Part shown: piece after piece, positions 29,417 to 38,639 of the stretch
Layout: every line of letters begins with the position of its first letter
Numbering within the stretch: the stretch's first letter is position 1
Source of the DNA: Acidobacteriota bacterium
GTDB taxonomy: Bacteria > Acidobacteriota > UBA6911 > RPQK01 > JAJDTT01
Assembly (NCBI GenBank): GCA_965209055.1
Contig: OZ242374.1
Coordinates: 960,001 to 1,024,000, forward strand
Length of the DNA stretch: 64,000 bases
Reading direction: 5' to 3'
Notes under the pieces: generated by a model
What the model was told of the DNA's origin: nothing
Databases searched by the model: none
Seen by the model: only the letters and a program-made list of their open reading frames with translations
Translations under genes and position numbers: made by a program

Positions 29417-31477
29417 ATGCGGTTCAAGACGATCCTGCATCTGACCAGCTACGGATTGCAGGTGACGGGCGTGTCGACACTCTATTCGTCCGGTGAAATC
29501 GGCGGCGCGACGCTGCTCGGCTACCTGGCCTGCCTGGGCGCCACGCGATTCCTGCCCCGCATCCGGCTGGACGGCGCCGTTCAAGGCATCGTCTTCGGCA
29601 TCCTGCTGGCGCTGTTCGTCGTGGACGCCGCAGTCTTTTCCCCGTTCGTTCCGGCGACGGCGCATCTGCTCATGCTGGTCAGCCTGGTGAGGCTCTGCAG
29701 CGCCCGTACGCAGCGGGATTACCTGCTGCTGCTCTTCATCTCCTTCGCCTTCGTCCTGATTGCATCCACGGCCACCATCTCCGTCGTGTTTCCGGTCTGG
29801 GTCCTGGTGTTCCTGTTCCTGGCCGTGCTGGTGCTCATGTTGCTGGAGAGCAAGGATCCCTATGAGAAGAATCACGGACTCAGACTCGCGCTTCGCGGGC
29901 ACCTATGGACCGCCCTTCTCATTACGCTGCTGCTGGCGGCGGTTTCCGTCCCCATCTTCGTGGTCATACCCCGGGGGACCCTGGGAGCGTTGCCGGCGAA
30001 GCGCGTTTCAGGCCATCTGAGCGGATTCTCCGAGAAGGTGAGCCTGGGAGAAATGGGAGAGATCCTCATCAACGAGGAGGTGGTGCTGCGTATCAAGGTG
30101 GACAAGCCACCGCAGCGGATGCCTTCGGAGCTGAAATGGAGGGGCATCGCCTTCGACCACTACGACGGAAAGACGTGGTCCAGCACCCGGGGCCTCAGGC
30201 AGGTCGCCCGGGACGATCGCTACCGGGGGTTTCTGGTGGCCGGCCGGCGCCGGCAGGAGGAGTTCCTGATCCGCCAGACCATCCACCAGGAGCCGCTGAC
30301 CCGGGTGCTGTTCGGGCTTCCCGACATCATTCTCATTTCGGGGCGTCTCCACAGACCGTACGTTTTCCAGGACGGGAACCGTTCCTTCAGAACGACCGGC
30401 GTCGGTGTCCGGACCTACACCGTCTTCTCCGACGTGATGACCCGGGACGAAAAACTCTCCCAAGCTCCGGTCCCGGTCTACCTCCAGGCTCCGGGCCGGC
30501 ACTATCTCCAGCTTCCCGAGTTGGACCCGGAGGTCGGACGCCTGGCCCGGCGCATCACCTCGGGAATCACCGATCCCATCCACAAAGCCTTCATGGTGGA
30601 ACAGTTCCTGAAGGACAACTACCAGTACTCGCTCGCGAACACCTCGGCCTCCAACCGCGACCCGCTCTACGATTTCCTGTTCGATTCGCGGGCCGGACAC
30701 TGCGAGTATTTCGCCACGGCCCAAGCCGTCCTGCTGCGAACGTTGGGCATTCCGACCCGCGTGGTCAATGGATTCAAGCGGGGAGACTACAACCGGTGGA
30801 ACGGTTACTTCATGGTTCGCCATTCCGATGCCCACAGTTGGGTCGAGGCCTATTTCCCCGGACGGGAGTGGATCGAGTTCGACGCCACCCCGGCAGTCGC
30901 CGCCGGCGCCTCCCTGCCGGGTTTTGCCGCTTTGCGAGAGTTGCTGGACGCCATCGATCTGGCGTGGCTGGACGTGGTCACCTTCGACCACCTGAAACAG
31001 TACGGCCTGTTCCAGACGCTGGGCGATTCCTGGAAGGAGGGCTGGGACAATTCGCGGCGGCGAACGCTGGCCGCCTGGTCCGACTGGGCCGCGGGAGTCA
31101 CCTGGCAACGGGCGGGGCTCGTGGCGGCGGCCGTTCTGGTTTCGGCACTGCTCCTGGTTCGGACCGGTCCGCGGTTCTGGCGGCGGGCCCGGACCAGGTG
31201 GGCCGGCAGGAGATGGGCCCGAGGTTCCGCCACGTCCATACCCGACTACTATCTGGAACTGACCCGGATTCTGGAAACGCGGGGACTCGTCCGGATGAGG
31301 TCCGAAACGCCGGGAGAATTCGCAGGGAGAATCGGTGGCGCACTGAAGAGCACCGTGCCCCGGAGACTGACGGAAATCTACTATAGGAACCGCTTCGGCG
31401 GGCTGGATCCCAGTCCTTCCGAACTGGCGGAGATTCGGGTTTCCCTCGATTCGCTGCGGCGTCCAGGCGGAATCTGA
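29417..31477 (+). CDS. TgpA-like transglutaminase (DUF3488 + transglutaminase core + DUF4129)
   Basis: TM N-terminus; catalytic triad GHCEYFA, DAHSWVE, FDATP; SETPGEF. Confidence 0.9.
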   Translation: MRFKTILHLTSYGLQVTGVSTLYSSGEIGGATLLGYLACLGATRFLPRIRLDGAVQGIVFGILLALFVVDAAVFSPFVPATAHLLMLVSLVRLCSARTQRDYLLLLFISFAFVLIASTATISVVFPVWVLVFLFLAVLVLMLLESKDPYEKNHGLRLALRGHLWTALLITLLLAAVSVPIFVVIPRGTLGALPAKRVSGHLSGFSEKVSLGEMGEILINEEVVLRIKVDKPPQRMPSELKWRGIAFDHYDGKTWSSTRGLRQVARDDRYRGFLVAGRRRQEEFLIRQTIHQEPLTRVLFGLPDIILISGRLHRPYVFQDGNRSFRTTGVGVRTYTVFSDVMTRDEKLSQAPVPVYLQAPGRHYLQLPELDPEVGRLARRITSGITDPIHKAFMVEQFLKDNYQYSLANTSASNRDPLYDFLFDSRAGHCEYFATAQAVLLRTLGIPTRVVNGFKRGDYNRWNGYFMVRHSDAHSWVEAYFPGREWIEFDATPAVAAGASLPGFAALRELLDAIDLAWLDVVTFDHLKQYGLFQTLGDSWKEGWDNSRRRTLAAWSDWAAGVTWQRAGLVAAAVLVSALLLVRTGPRFWRRARTRWAGRRWARGSATSIPDYYLELTRILETRGLVRMRSETPGEFAGRIGGALKSTVPRRLTEIYYRNRFGGLDPSPSELAEIRVSLDSLRRPGGI

Positions 31478-31525
31478 GATTTTGTGCTCGCGTCGCAGGC
31501 CGGAATCGAATAGAACGTCCAAGAC

Positions 31526-31699
31526 ATGAGTCGAAAAACCTCCAAGTGCCCCATCTGCAGACGAAGGGTGAAGAGGGATGACCCCCAATTTCCCTTCTGC
31601 AACGAGCATTGCAGGTTCGTGGACCTGGGCCGTTGGTTCGGCCAGAAATATCGGATCCACCGACAGGCCGGGAAGGACACGGAAGAAAAGAATGCGTGA
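31526..31699 (+). CDS. yacG: DNA gyrase inhibitor YacG (57 aa, absent from the ORF track)
   Basis: Manual translation MSRKTSKCPICRRRVKRDDPQFPFCNEHCRFVDLGRWFGQKYRI...: CPxC...PFCxxxCxxxDLGxW signature. Confidence 0.88.
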   Translation: MSRKTSKCPICRRRVKRDDPQFPFCNEHCRFVDLGRWFGQKYRIHRQAGKDTEEKNA

Positions 31700-32162
31700 G
31701 AACGGACGGCTTGCCCACACCCTGGCCACCGCGTTCGGCCTCGGGCACGTCCCGTACATACCGGGAACGTTCGCCTCGCTGGTCACAGCCCTGGCCGTCG
31801 CCCTGCTGCACCGGACTTCCGACTCGGCCACGCTGCAACTCGGCGCAGCGCTGCTGCTGCTACCGGTCAGCATCTGGGCGTCGGCGCGCGTCGCCCGCCG
31901 GGAGGCCAGGTCCGACCCCTCCCACGTCGTCATCGACGAGGTGGTGGGACAGGTCTTCTGCCTTCTCTGGGTCCCGTTTTCCTGGACGTTCCTGGCCTTG
32001 GGGTTCGTGGCATTTCGCGCCTTTGACATTCTGAAACCCTATCCCATCAAGAAAGTGGAGCAGCTCCGGGGAGGCATGGGAATCGTCTGTGACGACCTGA
32101 TCGCCGGCCTCTACGCGGGCCTCCTGCTGAGAATCGTCTACGCTTTCACCTCTCAATCGTGA
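31692..32162 (+). CDS. pgpA: Phosphatidylglycerophosphatase A
   Basis: PGTFASL, DPSHVVIDEVVG, FRAFDILKPYPI, GGMGIVCDDLIAG; start ATG 31692. Confidence 0.93.
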   Translation: MRENGRLAHTLATAFGLGHVPYIPGTFASLVTALAVALLHRTSDSATLQLGAALLLLPVSIWASARVARREARSDPSHVVIDEVVGQVFCLLWVPFSWTFLALGFVAFRAFDILKPYPIKKVEQLRGGMGIVCDDLIAGLYAGLLLRIVYAFTSQS

Positions 32163-32166
32163 GCCG

Positions 32167-32688
32167 GTGACCGGAGACGGCATGAGATCAGCGGCAGGAG
32201 CACCGAATCGCATTCAGGACGAGCCCCTCGCGTCGGTGGTGGGACGCTTGCTGAGACGGCGGGGAAAGACCCTGGCGACCGCCGAGTCGTGTACGGGCGG
32301 CTACCTGGGCAAGCTCTTGACAGACGTTCCGGGCAGCTCCGATTTCTACCAGGGCGGAATCATCAGCTACAGCAACGCTCTCAAGATTCGGCATCTCAAG
32401 GTGAGTCCGGAGGTCCTGGATCGATGGGGCGCGGTCAGCGATCCGGTCGCCTGTCAGATGGCCCGGGAGGTCCGGAGCTGGAGCGGCGCCGATCTGGGCC
32501 TCTCGGTGACCGGCATCGCAGGCCCCTCCGGGGGAAGTCCCGAAAAGCCGGTGGGCCTGGTCTATCTGGGCCTTTCCGATTCCGCCGGGACCCGGGCCCG
32601 CAAACTCTTGCTGGAGGGAGACCGTAAGGGGATCCGGACGAGCGCATGCCGGATCGCCCTGGACTGGATCCGAAGGCACCTGACGTGA
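32167..32688 (+). CDS. cinA: Stand-alone CinA C-terminal domain (PncC, NMN deamidase)
   Basis: AESCTGG, PGSS, YSN, GAVS, SVTGIAGPSGG, KPVGLV; no MocF domain. Confidence 0.9.
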   Translation: MTGDGMRSAAGAPNRIQDEPLASVVGRLLRRRGKTLATAESCTGGYLGKLLTDVPGSSDFYQGGIISYSNALKIRHLKVSPEVLDRWGAVSDPVACQMAREVRSWSGADLGLSVTGIAGPSGGSPEKPVGLVYLGLSDSAGTRARKLLLEGDRKGIRTSACRIALDWIRRHLT

Positions 32689-33287
32689 TCCGCGCCTTCA
32701 TCGCCATCGACGTTCCGCCGGAAGTCAAGAACCACTTGAGCTCCGTCTCGGCCGCGCTCGGCTCCTTGGGTCTGGACGCCCGGCCGGCCCCGGTTTGGTC
32801 CATTCACCTGACCCTTCGTTTCCTGGGCAACGTCGAGGAGAGCCGCGTCCCCGGAATTGGAGACGCGATTCGCCGTTGCGCGCAACGGGTGCCGCCCTTT
32901 GCTCTTGAGCTCCGGAACCTGGGCGCTTTCCCCAGCCGGAAACGGCCTCGTATCGTCTGGGCCGGTGTCGCCGGAGACGGAGGCCTGGAACGTCTGCACC
33001 GGCTCCTGGAACTCGAGTTGCAAAAACTGGGATTCGACCGCGAGAGAAAGAATTTCAGGCCCCACCTGACACTGCTCCGCCTGAAATCCTCCCGCAATTT
33101 GAAACGGCTTTCGAGTTACCTCGAGACGGAAGGGCAGGAGACGGGAACGGTCTCATTCAGTGTCTGTAGGATCCACCTTTACGAGAGCCGGCTGTCCAGC
33201 CGGGGAGCAAGGCACGAGAAGCTGGTGACCGCCGAACTGGCCGGCAGCCCGAAGATCCCGGCACCCTCAATGAGGCCCCCATCGTGA
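32685..33287 (+). CDS. thpR: RNA 2',3'-cyclic phosphodiesterase (2H family)
   Basis: RAFIAI, two HxT motifs (HLTLRFLG, PHLTL), GAFP; GTG start overlaps the cinA stop. Confidence 0.92.
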   Translation: MIRAFIAIDVPPEVKNHLSSVSAALGSLGLDARPAPVWSIHLTLRFLGNVEESRVPGIGDAIRRCAQRVPPFALELRNLGAFPSRKRPRIVWAGVAGDGGLERLHRLLELELQKLGFDRERKNFRPHLTLLRLKSSRNLKRLSSYLETEGQETGTVSFSVCRIHLYESRLSSRGARHEKLVTAELAGSPKIPAPSMRPPS

Positions 33288-33323
33288 TCATGGCCGTCGC
33301 CGGTCCTTATCGGGACGACTCCG

Positions 33324-34097
33324 TCAGCCGGCTCGCTCGTAAACCAGGTGGCGCACGCCCCATTCGATCCTGTCCATGGAGGTCAAATGCTGGAGCCGTT
33401 CGAGTCGACGGGCGAGGCGATCCAGAAAACCCGCTTCGTAGTTGGCAACAACAAACCGGTCGGTCCTCCAAGCGGTCAAATTCATCAAAAACATACTTGC
33501 GGCTGCTCCCGTGGATACCGGCAGCCGGTAGACCTCGCTCGACAACCGCCGCAAATCCGTGGGATCGGCAGCGCCGTGCAGAAACGGTCCCAGATAGAGC
33601 TCCCCGCCACTGTCCGCGATCAACCGCTCCACTACGGACAGATAGGTCGAAAATACGGGATGCTCGGTCTTGATGGTCTCCACTTCGGCGACGGCAACCA
33701 AACCCCGGAGAGCCAACTCTTCCGCCCACTTTTCCAGAATGCCCTCGGGATCCGGGAGATGAGTCAAGACCAGCCGGGCCATGATGAAATCCGGGTTCCT
33801 GACGGGGAACGGAATCCGGGTCACGTCGTGCTCCAGGAACTCGAGATCCGGAAACCTGGTCCGGGCCGATCGCACGTAACTTCGGGAGATATCCACTCCC
33901 ACAGCTCTCCGCGGCCGGACCACATCCATGAGCAACCGGGTCGTGAATCCGGGTCCGCATCCAAGATCGAGGGCAAGCCGAACCGGTCTCTTCGGGAGCG
34001 TTGCCAGAAGCGCTCGCATCTCCGGCTCGAAGGTCTCCGCGAGAAGGGCAAGCCTCCCCTCTGCCAAACCCGTATCACGGAAGGAATAACGACTCAT
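33324..34097 (-). CDS. Class I SAM-dependent methyltransferase (Tam-like)
   Basis: LDLGCGPG, GVDIS, HDV, ARLVLTHL. Confidence 0.85.
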   Translation of the reverse strand: MSRYSFRDTGLAEGRLALLAETFEPEMRALLATLPKRPVRLALDLGCGPGFTTRLLMDVVRPRRAVGVDISRSYVRSARTRFPDLEFLEHDVTRIPFPVRNPDFIMARLVLTHLPDPEGILEKWAEELALRGLVAVAEVETIKTEHPVFSTYLSVVERLIADSGGELYLGPFLHGAADPTDLRRLSSEVYRLPVSTGAAASMFLMNLTAWRTDRFVVANYEAGFLDRLARRLERLQHLTSMDRIEWGVRHLVYERAG

Positions 34098-34164
34098 CCG
34101 CCGAGTCTACCGGACGGGCGCCGCCGGATTGACCCCGGCGAGTTCCAGCCGGTAATCTTAGTCG

Positions 34165-34371
34165 ATGGCCATCAACCCGGAGTTGCTGGAGATTCTGGCC
34201 TGCCCGGCCTGCAAGGCCAAGGTGTTCCTGACTGCAGACGGCAACGGATTGAAGTGCGGCGCCTGTTTCCTGGTCTTTCCCATCCGCGACGATATCCCGG
34301 TGATGCTCATCGACGAGGCCGTCACTGAGCCGCCGGAAGGTCCGTCCGAGACCGATCAAGCCGGGGGATGA
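34165..34371 (+). CDS. Trm112/YcaR family protein
   Basis: LLEILACPACK...C..C...FPIRDDIPVML. Confidence 0.9.
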   Translation: MAINPELLEILACPACKAKVFLTADGNGLKCGACFLVFPIRDDIPVMLIDEAVTEPPEGPSETDQAGG

Positions 34372-35396
34372 CCCGCCGTTCCCGCGTCCTTCTGGTGCGC
34401 CTGCGCTCTCTGGGGGATGCGGTCCTCATGACCCCGGCTCTCACGGTCCTCAAACGTAATCCGGGCACTCGCGTGGCTGTGCTCCTGGAGGCGCCGTTTC
34501 ACGAAGTGCTGGCGAACAACACGGACGTGGATCGGATCATTGCCGTCCCTCGCGGCCGATCCAAGCTCCTGACCCGGAGCCGGGCCATTCGGGCGGCCCG
34601 CAGCTTCTCGCCGGACCTGACCGTCGACCTCCACGGCGGGACCACCAGCGCTCTCATCACCGCTCTTTCGGGGGCGTCCGTGCGCCTGGGCTACGCCAGC
34701 AGCCGCAGCAGCCGCTTCTACAACCGAACCGTGCCCGATTCGCGGCAGATCTGGGGCAAGGATTCGATCCACACCGTCGAGCACCAACTCTCGCCCTTCA
34801 AACATCTCGGATTCCAGGTCGAGCCCATGCCGCCGCTCCAGGTTCCGGTCGGAGCCGCGGCCCTGGAGCAGATTCGGACGCTCCTGTCCCGGCGCGCCAT
34901 CGAGACGGGTTTCCTCCTGGTTCACCCGGGCGCCGCCTTCGACACCAAGCAATGGGAACCGGCAAGGTTTGCGGAAATCGCGGCGCTTCTGGAGCGTGAG
35001 GGACACCCCATCGTCTTCACGGCGGGCCCGGGAGAGGAGCCGCTCCTGGAAGATCTCAGGAAGACCGCTCCGCCCTCGGTTCATTTCATGGGGCCGTTTC
35101 CGCTGGACCAGTTCATCGCCCTGGCTTCGCTGTGCCGCCTCTATTTGGGGAACGACACGGGCACGACCCATATCGCCGCGGCCCTGGGCAGGCCTCTGGT
35201 GGTCATCTTCGGTTCTTCCGACTCTCCGGTCTGGTCTCCCTGGGGAACCCGCCACCGCTTGATTCGATCAGAGCTCCCGTGCGTTCCCTGCCCGGGCTAT
35301 TACTGCCTTCACTACCAGGAGCCCATGTGCATCCGGTCCATCACCGTTCCCCGCGTGCTGGAGGCGGTGCGGTCGCTGCTTCGTGAATCCGGCTGA
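34368..35396 (+). CDS. Glycosyltransferase family 9 (heptosyltransferase-like)
   Basis: RSLGDAVL, VHPGA, KQW, GNDTGTTHIAAA, IFG. Confidence 0.9.
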   Translation: MTRRSRVLLVRLRSLGDAVLMTPALTVLKRNPGTRVAVLLEAPFHEVLANNTDVDRIIAVPRGRSKLLTRSRAIRAARSFSPDLTVDLHGGTTSALITALSGASVRLGYASSRSSRFYNRTVPDSRQIWGKDSIHTVEHQLSPFKHLGFQVEPMPPLQVPVGAAALEQIRTLLSRRAIETGFLLVHPGAAFDTKQWEPARFAEIAALLEREGHPIVFTAGPGEEPLLEDLRKTAPPSVHFMGPFPLDQFIALASLCRLYLGNDTGTTHIAAALGRPLVVIFGSSDSPVWSPWGTRHRLIRSELPCVPCPGYYCLHYQEPMCIRSITVPRVLEAVRSLLRESG

Positions 35397-35434
35397 CCGG
35401 AATCCCCCGATCTTGCCGCCTCGCCGAACCCGGC

Positions 35435-35827
35435 TCAGACGGCTTGTTTCAGAAACCCGATGATTTCCTGGGTAGAGGATCCCGGTTGAAAGATCTCGGC
35501 CACGCCCAGTTCCTTGAGGCCGGGGATGTCCTCGTCCGGGATGATGCCGCCTCCGAAGACCAGGATGTCCAAGGCATCCTGGTCGGCCAGAAGTTGCATG
35601 ATCCGCTTGAAGAGGTGCTCGTGGGCACCGGAAAGGATGGAAAGTCCGATGGCGTCCACGTCTTCCTGGATGGCTGCCTGCACGATCTGCTCGGGAGTCT
35701 GGCGCAACCCGGTGTAGATGACCTCCATGCCGGAGTCGCGAAGAGCGCGGGCCACGATCTTGGCGCCCCGGTCGTGCCCGTCGAGGCCCGGCTTGGCGAT
35801 GAGAATCCTGAGTCTTCGGTTGCTCAT
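35435..35827 (-). CDS. Acyl-CoA mutase small (cobalamin-binding) subunit, probably IcmB-like
   Basis: [10 protein letters not shown] (DxHxxG), SILSGAH, GGGII. Confidence 0.92.
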   Translation of the reverse strand: MSNRRLRILIAKPGLDGHDRGAKIVARALRDSGMEVIYTGLRQTPEQIVQAAIQEDVDAIGLSILSGAHEHLFKRIMQLLADQDALDILVFGGGIIPDEDIPGLKELGVAEIFQPGSSTQEIIGFLKQAV

Positions 35828-35840
35828 TCGGTCTGCTTCC

Positions 35841-37412
35841 TCAGAACAAGGGTTCCTGATAAACGCCGAAAATCTCCTTCAGGGAGGTGCAGATCTCCCC
35901 CACGGTGGCGTACTCCCGCACCGCATGGATCAGACGGGGCATCAGGTTCTCATCGGTCCGGGCCGCCTGGTTCAAGTCGCGGAGGGCCCGGCTGACGCTC
36001 TCCTGGTTCCGCTCCCGCCGCAGGACCCGGAGGCTCTCGATCTGAGCGTCCTCGACTTCCGGCCCGATACGGAGAATCTCCGGCCGCGACGGCTCGTCGG
36101 TGACGAAGCGATTCACGCCCACCACCACCTGATCCTCTTTTTCGATGGCGCGTTGCTCCCGGTAGGAGGCATCCTGGATCTCGCGCTGCGGGTACCCCGC
36201 CTCGATGGCGTTGATCATTCCTCCCATCTCGTCGATCCGGTCCATGTACTCCACCGCCCGATCCTCGACCTGGCAGGTGAGGTTCTCCAGGAAATAGGAG
36301 CCGCCCGCCGGGTCCACGCTTGCGGTCAGGCCCGACTCGTAGGCCAGAACCTGTTGAGTCCGAAGCGCGATCTTGGCCGTCTCCTCGGTGGGAAGCGCCC
36401 ACGCCTCGTCCAGGGCGTTGGTGTGAAGCGAATTGGTCCCTCCCAGAATCGCGGCGACCGCCTGCAGTGTGGTCCGGATGATGTTGTTGGCCGGTTGCTG
36501 CATGGTCAACGTGCATCCGGCGGTCTGAGTGTGGAACCGGCACATCCACGACCGCTCGTTCAGAGCTCCGAAACGGTTCCTCATGGTCCGCGCCCAGAGC
36601 CTCCGGGCGGCCCGGAACTTGGCGATCTCCTCAAAGAAGTTGTTGTGGGAATTGAAGAAGAAGGAGAGGCGGGGTGCGAAGTCATCCACTTCCATTCCGC
36701 GGCGAACGCACCAGTCCACGTATTCGATGCCGTCCCGCAACGTGAAGGCCAGTTCCTGGACCGCAGTGGAGCCGGCTTCGCGAATGTGGTACCCGCTGAT
36801 GGAAATGCTGTTGTACCGGGGAAGCTGCTGCGAGCAGAACTGGATCGAATCCACGACCAGTCGCATGGACGGGGCGGGAGGATAGATCCACTCCTTCTGC
36901 GCGATGTACTCCTTCAAGATGTCGTTCTGGAGGGTGCCCCGGATTCGGCGGGCCGCGACTCCCTGCTTCTCCGCCGCCACCACGTACATGGCCAGGAGGA
37001 CGGCCGCGGGGGCGTTGATGGTCATGGAGGTGCTCACCCGGGCCAGGTCGATCCGGTCGAAAAGGACCTCCATGTCCCGGAGGGAGTCGACGGCAACGCC
37101 GCATTTTCCGACTTCACCGGCCGAGAGGGGATCATCCGAATCCAGACCCATGAGGGTGGGCAGATCGAAAGCGACGGAGAGGCCGGTCTGTCCGTGCTCC
37201 AAGAGAAACCGATACCGGCGATTCGTTTCTTCGGCGCTTCCGTGGCCCGAGAATTGGCGCATGGTCCAGAGACGTCCCCGGTACATGTTCGGGTAGATGC
37301 CCCGGGTGTAGGGGTACGATCCAGGTTCGCCAATGTCCCGGCGATAATCCAATTCGGCCACGTCCGACGCCCCGAAGGCGGGGGATTCGGTTCTGAATCG
37401 GCTCGGCTTCAC
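35841..37412 (-). CDS. Acyl-CoA mutase large subunit with isobutyryl-CoA mutase (IcmA)-type specificity residues
   Basis: [57 protein letters not shown]. Confidence 0.88.
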   Translation of the reverse strand: MKPSRFRTESPAFGASDVAELDYRRDIGEPGSYPYTRGIYPNMYRGRLWTMRQFSGHGSAEETNRRYRFLLEHGQTGLSVAFDLPTLMGLDSDDPLSAGEVGKCGVAVDSLRDMEVLFDRIDLARVSTSMTINAPAAVLLAMYVVAAEKQGVAARRIRGTLQNDILKEYIAQKEWIYPPAPSMRLVVDSIQFCSQQLPRYNSISISGYHIREAGSTAVQELAFTLRDGIEYVDWCVRRGMEVDDFAPRLSFFFNSHNNFFEEIAKFRAARRLWARTMRNRFGALNERSWMCRFHTQTAGCTLTMQQPANNIIRTTLQAVAAILGGTNSLHTNALDEAWALPTEETAKIALRTQQVLAYESGLTASVDPAGGSYFLENLTCQVEDRAVEYMDRIDEMGGMINAIEAGYPQREIQDASYREQRAIEKEDQVVVGVNRFVTDEPSRPEILRIGPEVEDAQIESLRVLRRERNQESVSRALRDLNQAARTDENLMPRLIHAVREYATVGEICTSLKEIFGVYQEPLF

Positions 37413-37578
37413 GGACCATCCTCCGCAACTGTCGTCAGAGCCGCTGCTGCCGCCACATGGACCCTTCCCATGAACTCAGACTCCCGGCGGCCCCTGCTCG
37501 TATAGTTATCCCTTTTCTCCGGCGTTGCAAACGACTCTCCGGGCGAAGAACCGGGACCGGGACCTCGGCCCGGAAGGG

Positions 37579-37625
37579 TTGTCCACGGATTTTGTGGAAA
37601 TGCCGGTGGAAAACGTTGTGAAGAC
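37579..37625. promoter_or_regulatory. Cluster of four DnaA-box-like 9-mers
   Basis: TTGTCCACG (37579, +); TGTGGAAAT (37593), GGTGGAAAA (37605) and TGTGAAGAC (37617) read as boxes on the minus strand; each has 1-2 mismatches to TTWTNCACA. Confidence 0.5.
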
Positions 37626-37735
37626 ACGATTCAAGCGGCTGTTAAATGGAGACTTTCTCCATTTTGCATCCTTTTTGTGCAGTCTCTCAAGGCCCAGACT
37701 CCCGGAGCGGCACGAGACTTTCAACACGGACTGTC

Positions 37736-37897
37736 AACAGCCCGTGGCAAAAGTCGTCACGGCATTCGACCGTCCCTGCACAGGCGCGGACTGTGTTGCG
37801 ATTCGGGCACATACTCAAGGTATGCACCCGAATCGCGCCTTGTCCGGCGGGCGCAGGAACGGTCTCGGTGCTCGCGAGACTTTCACCACGGACTGTT
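37736..37897. mobile_element. Complete ~162-bp MITE with imperfect 20-bp terminal inverted repeats and an internal hairpin
   Basis: Ends AACAGCCCGTGGCAAAAGTC and GACTTTCACCACGGACTGTT; internal GCGATTCGGG...CCCGAATCGC stem; partial copies elsewhere in the window. Confidence 0.75.
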
Positions 37898-37910
37898 AAA
37901 CTGAACGGCC

Positions 37911-38180
37911 ATGTCCACTTCGGCTCGCGAAGATCTGATTCAGGAGGAGAATCGGAGACTCCGGCGTATGCGCTTTCTGGTCGATCTGACGCTCAGCGTG
38001 TTGTACCAGGACCCCAGGTTGACATTGGGCGAAGCGCGGCAGATGGTGCGGCGGACCGAGCGTGCCGTCCTGGGCATGTTTCCGGACAAAGAGTTCACCT
38101 TCCACCTGCTTCTCATGCCCCGTTTCGAGAGAGTCCTGCGGAAACGTTGGGGCAAGGGAATGGAACCGACCATCCACTGA
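37911..38180 (+). CDS. Small helical hypothetical protein upstream of dtd
   Basis: 89-aa ORF with typical codon usage, ending 6 nt before dtd. Confidence 0.7.
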   Translation: MSTSAREDLIQEENRRLRRMRFLVDLTLSVLYQDPRLTLGEARQMVRRTERAVLGMFPDKEFTFHLLLMPRFERVLRKRWGKGMEPTIH

Positions 38181-38186
38181 ATCGCC

Positions 38187-38639
38187 ATGCGAGTCGTGAT
38201 CCAGCGGGTGTCGATGGCCGAGGTGGAGGTCCAGGGCCGCACGGTGGGCCGGATCGGCCCCGGATTGGCCGTCCTGGTTGCCGTATGCGCCGGCGACACC
38301 GACAGGGACCTGGCATTCATCAGAAAGAAGATCCTGCAGCTCCGCATCTTTCCGGATGAAGCCGGCAGGATGAACCGTTCACTTCTGGAAACGGGGCATT
38401 CGATACTTCTGGTTTCCCAATTCACGCTCTATGGCGACTGCCGCAAAGGGAACCGGCCCAGCTTCAGCAGGGCGGCGCCTCCCACCGCGGCCCGTGAGGT
38501 ATACCGGCGCCTCGCGGAGTCCCTCCGGGAGCCGGGGGTGGTTGTGGAAACGGGCCGATTCGGCGCCATGATGGATTTGTCGCTGGTCAATGATGGTCCG
38601 GTGACTCTGATCGTCGACTCCAGAAAAGACGTTTATTGA
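38187..38639 (+). CDS. dtd: D-aminoacyl-tRNA deacylase
   Basis: MRVVIQRV, LRIF, SQFTL, KGNRPSF, GRFGAMM, NDGPVT. Confidence 0.96.
   Translation: MRVVIQRVSMAEVEVQGRTVGRIGPGLAVLVAVCAGDTDRDLAFIRKKILQLRIFPDEAGRMNRSLLETGHSILLVSQFTLYGDCRKGNRPSFSRAAPPTAAREVYRRLAESLREPGVVVETGRFGAMMDLSLVNDGPVTLIVDSRKDVY

Noticed and set aside
37525-37904. Short ORFs across the mutase-dtd intergenic region
   Set aside because: They are translations of the DnaA-box-like cluster and MITE ends (for example the FHHGLL ending), not credible proteins
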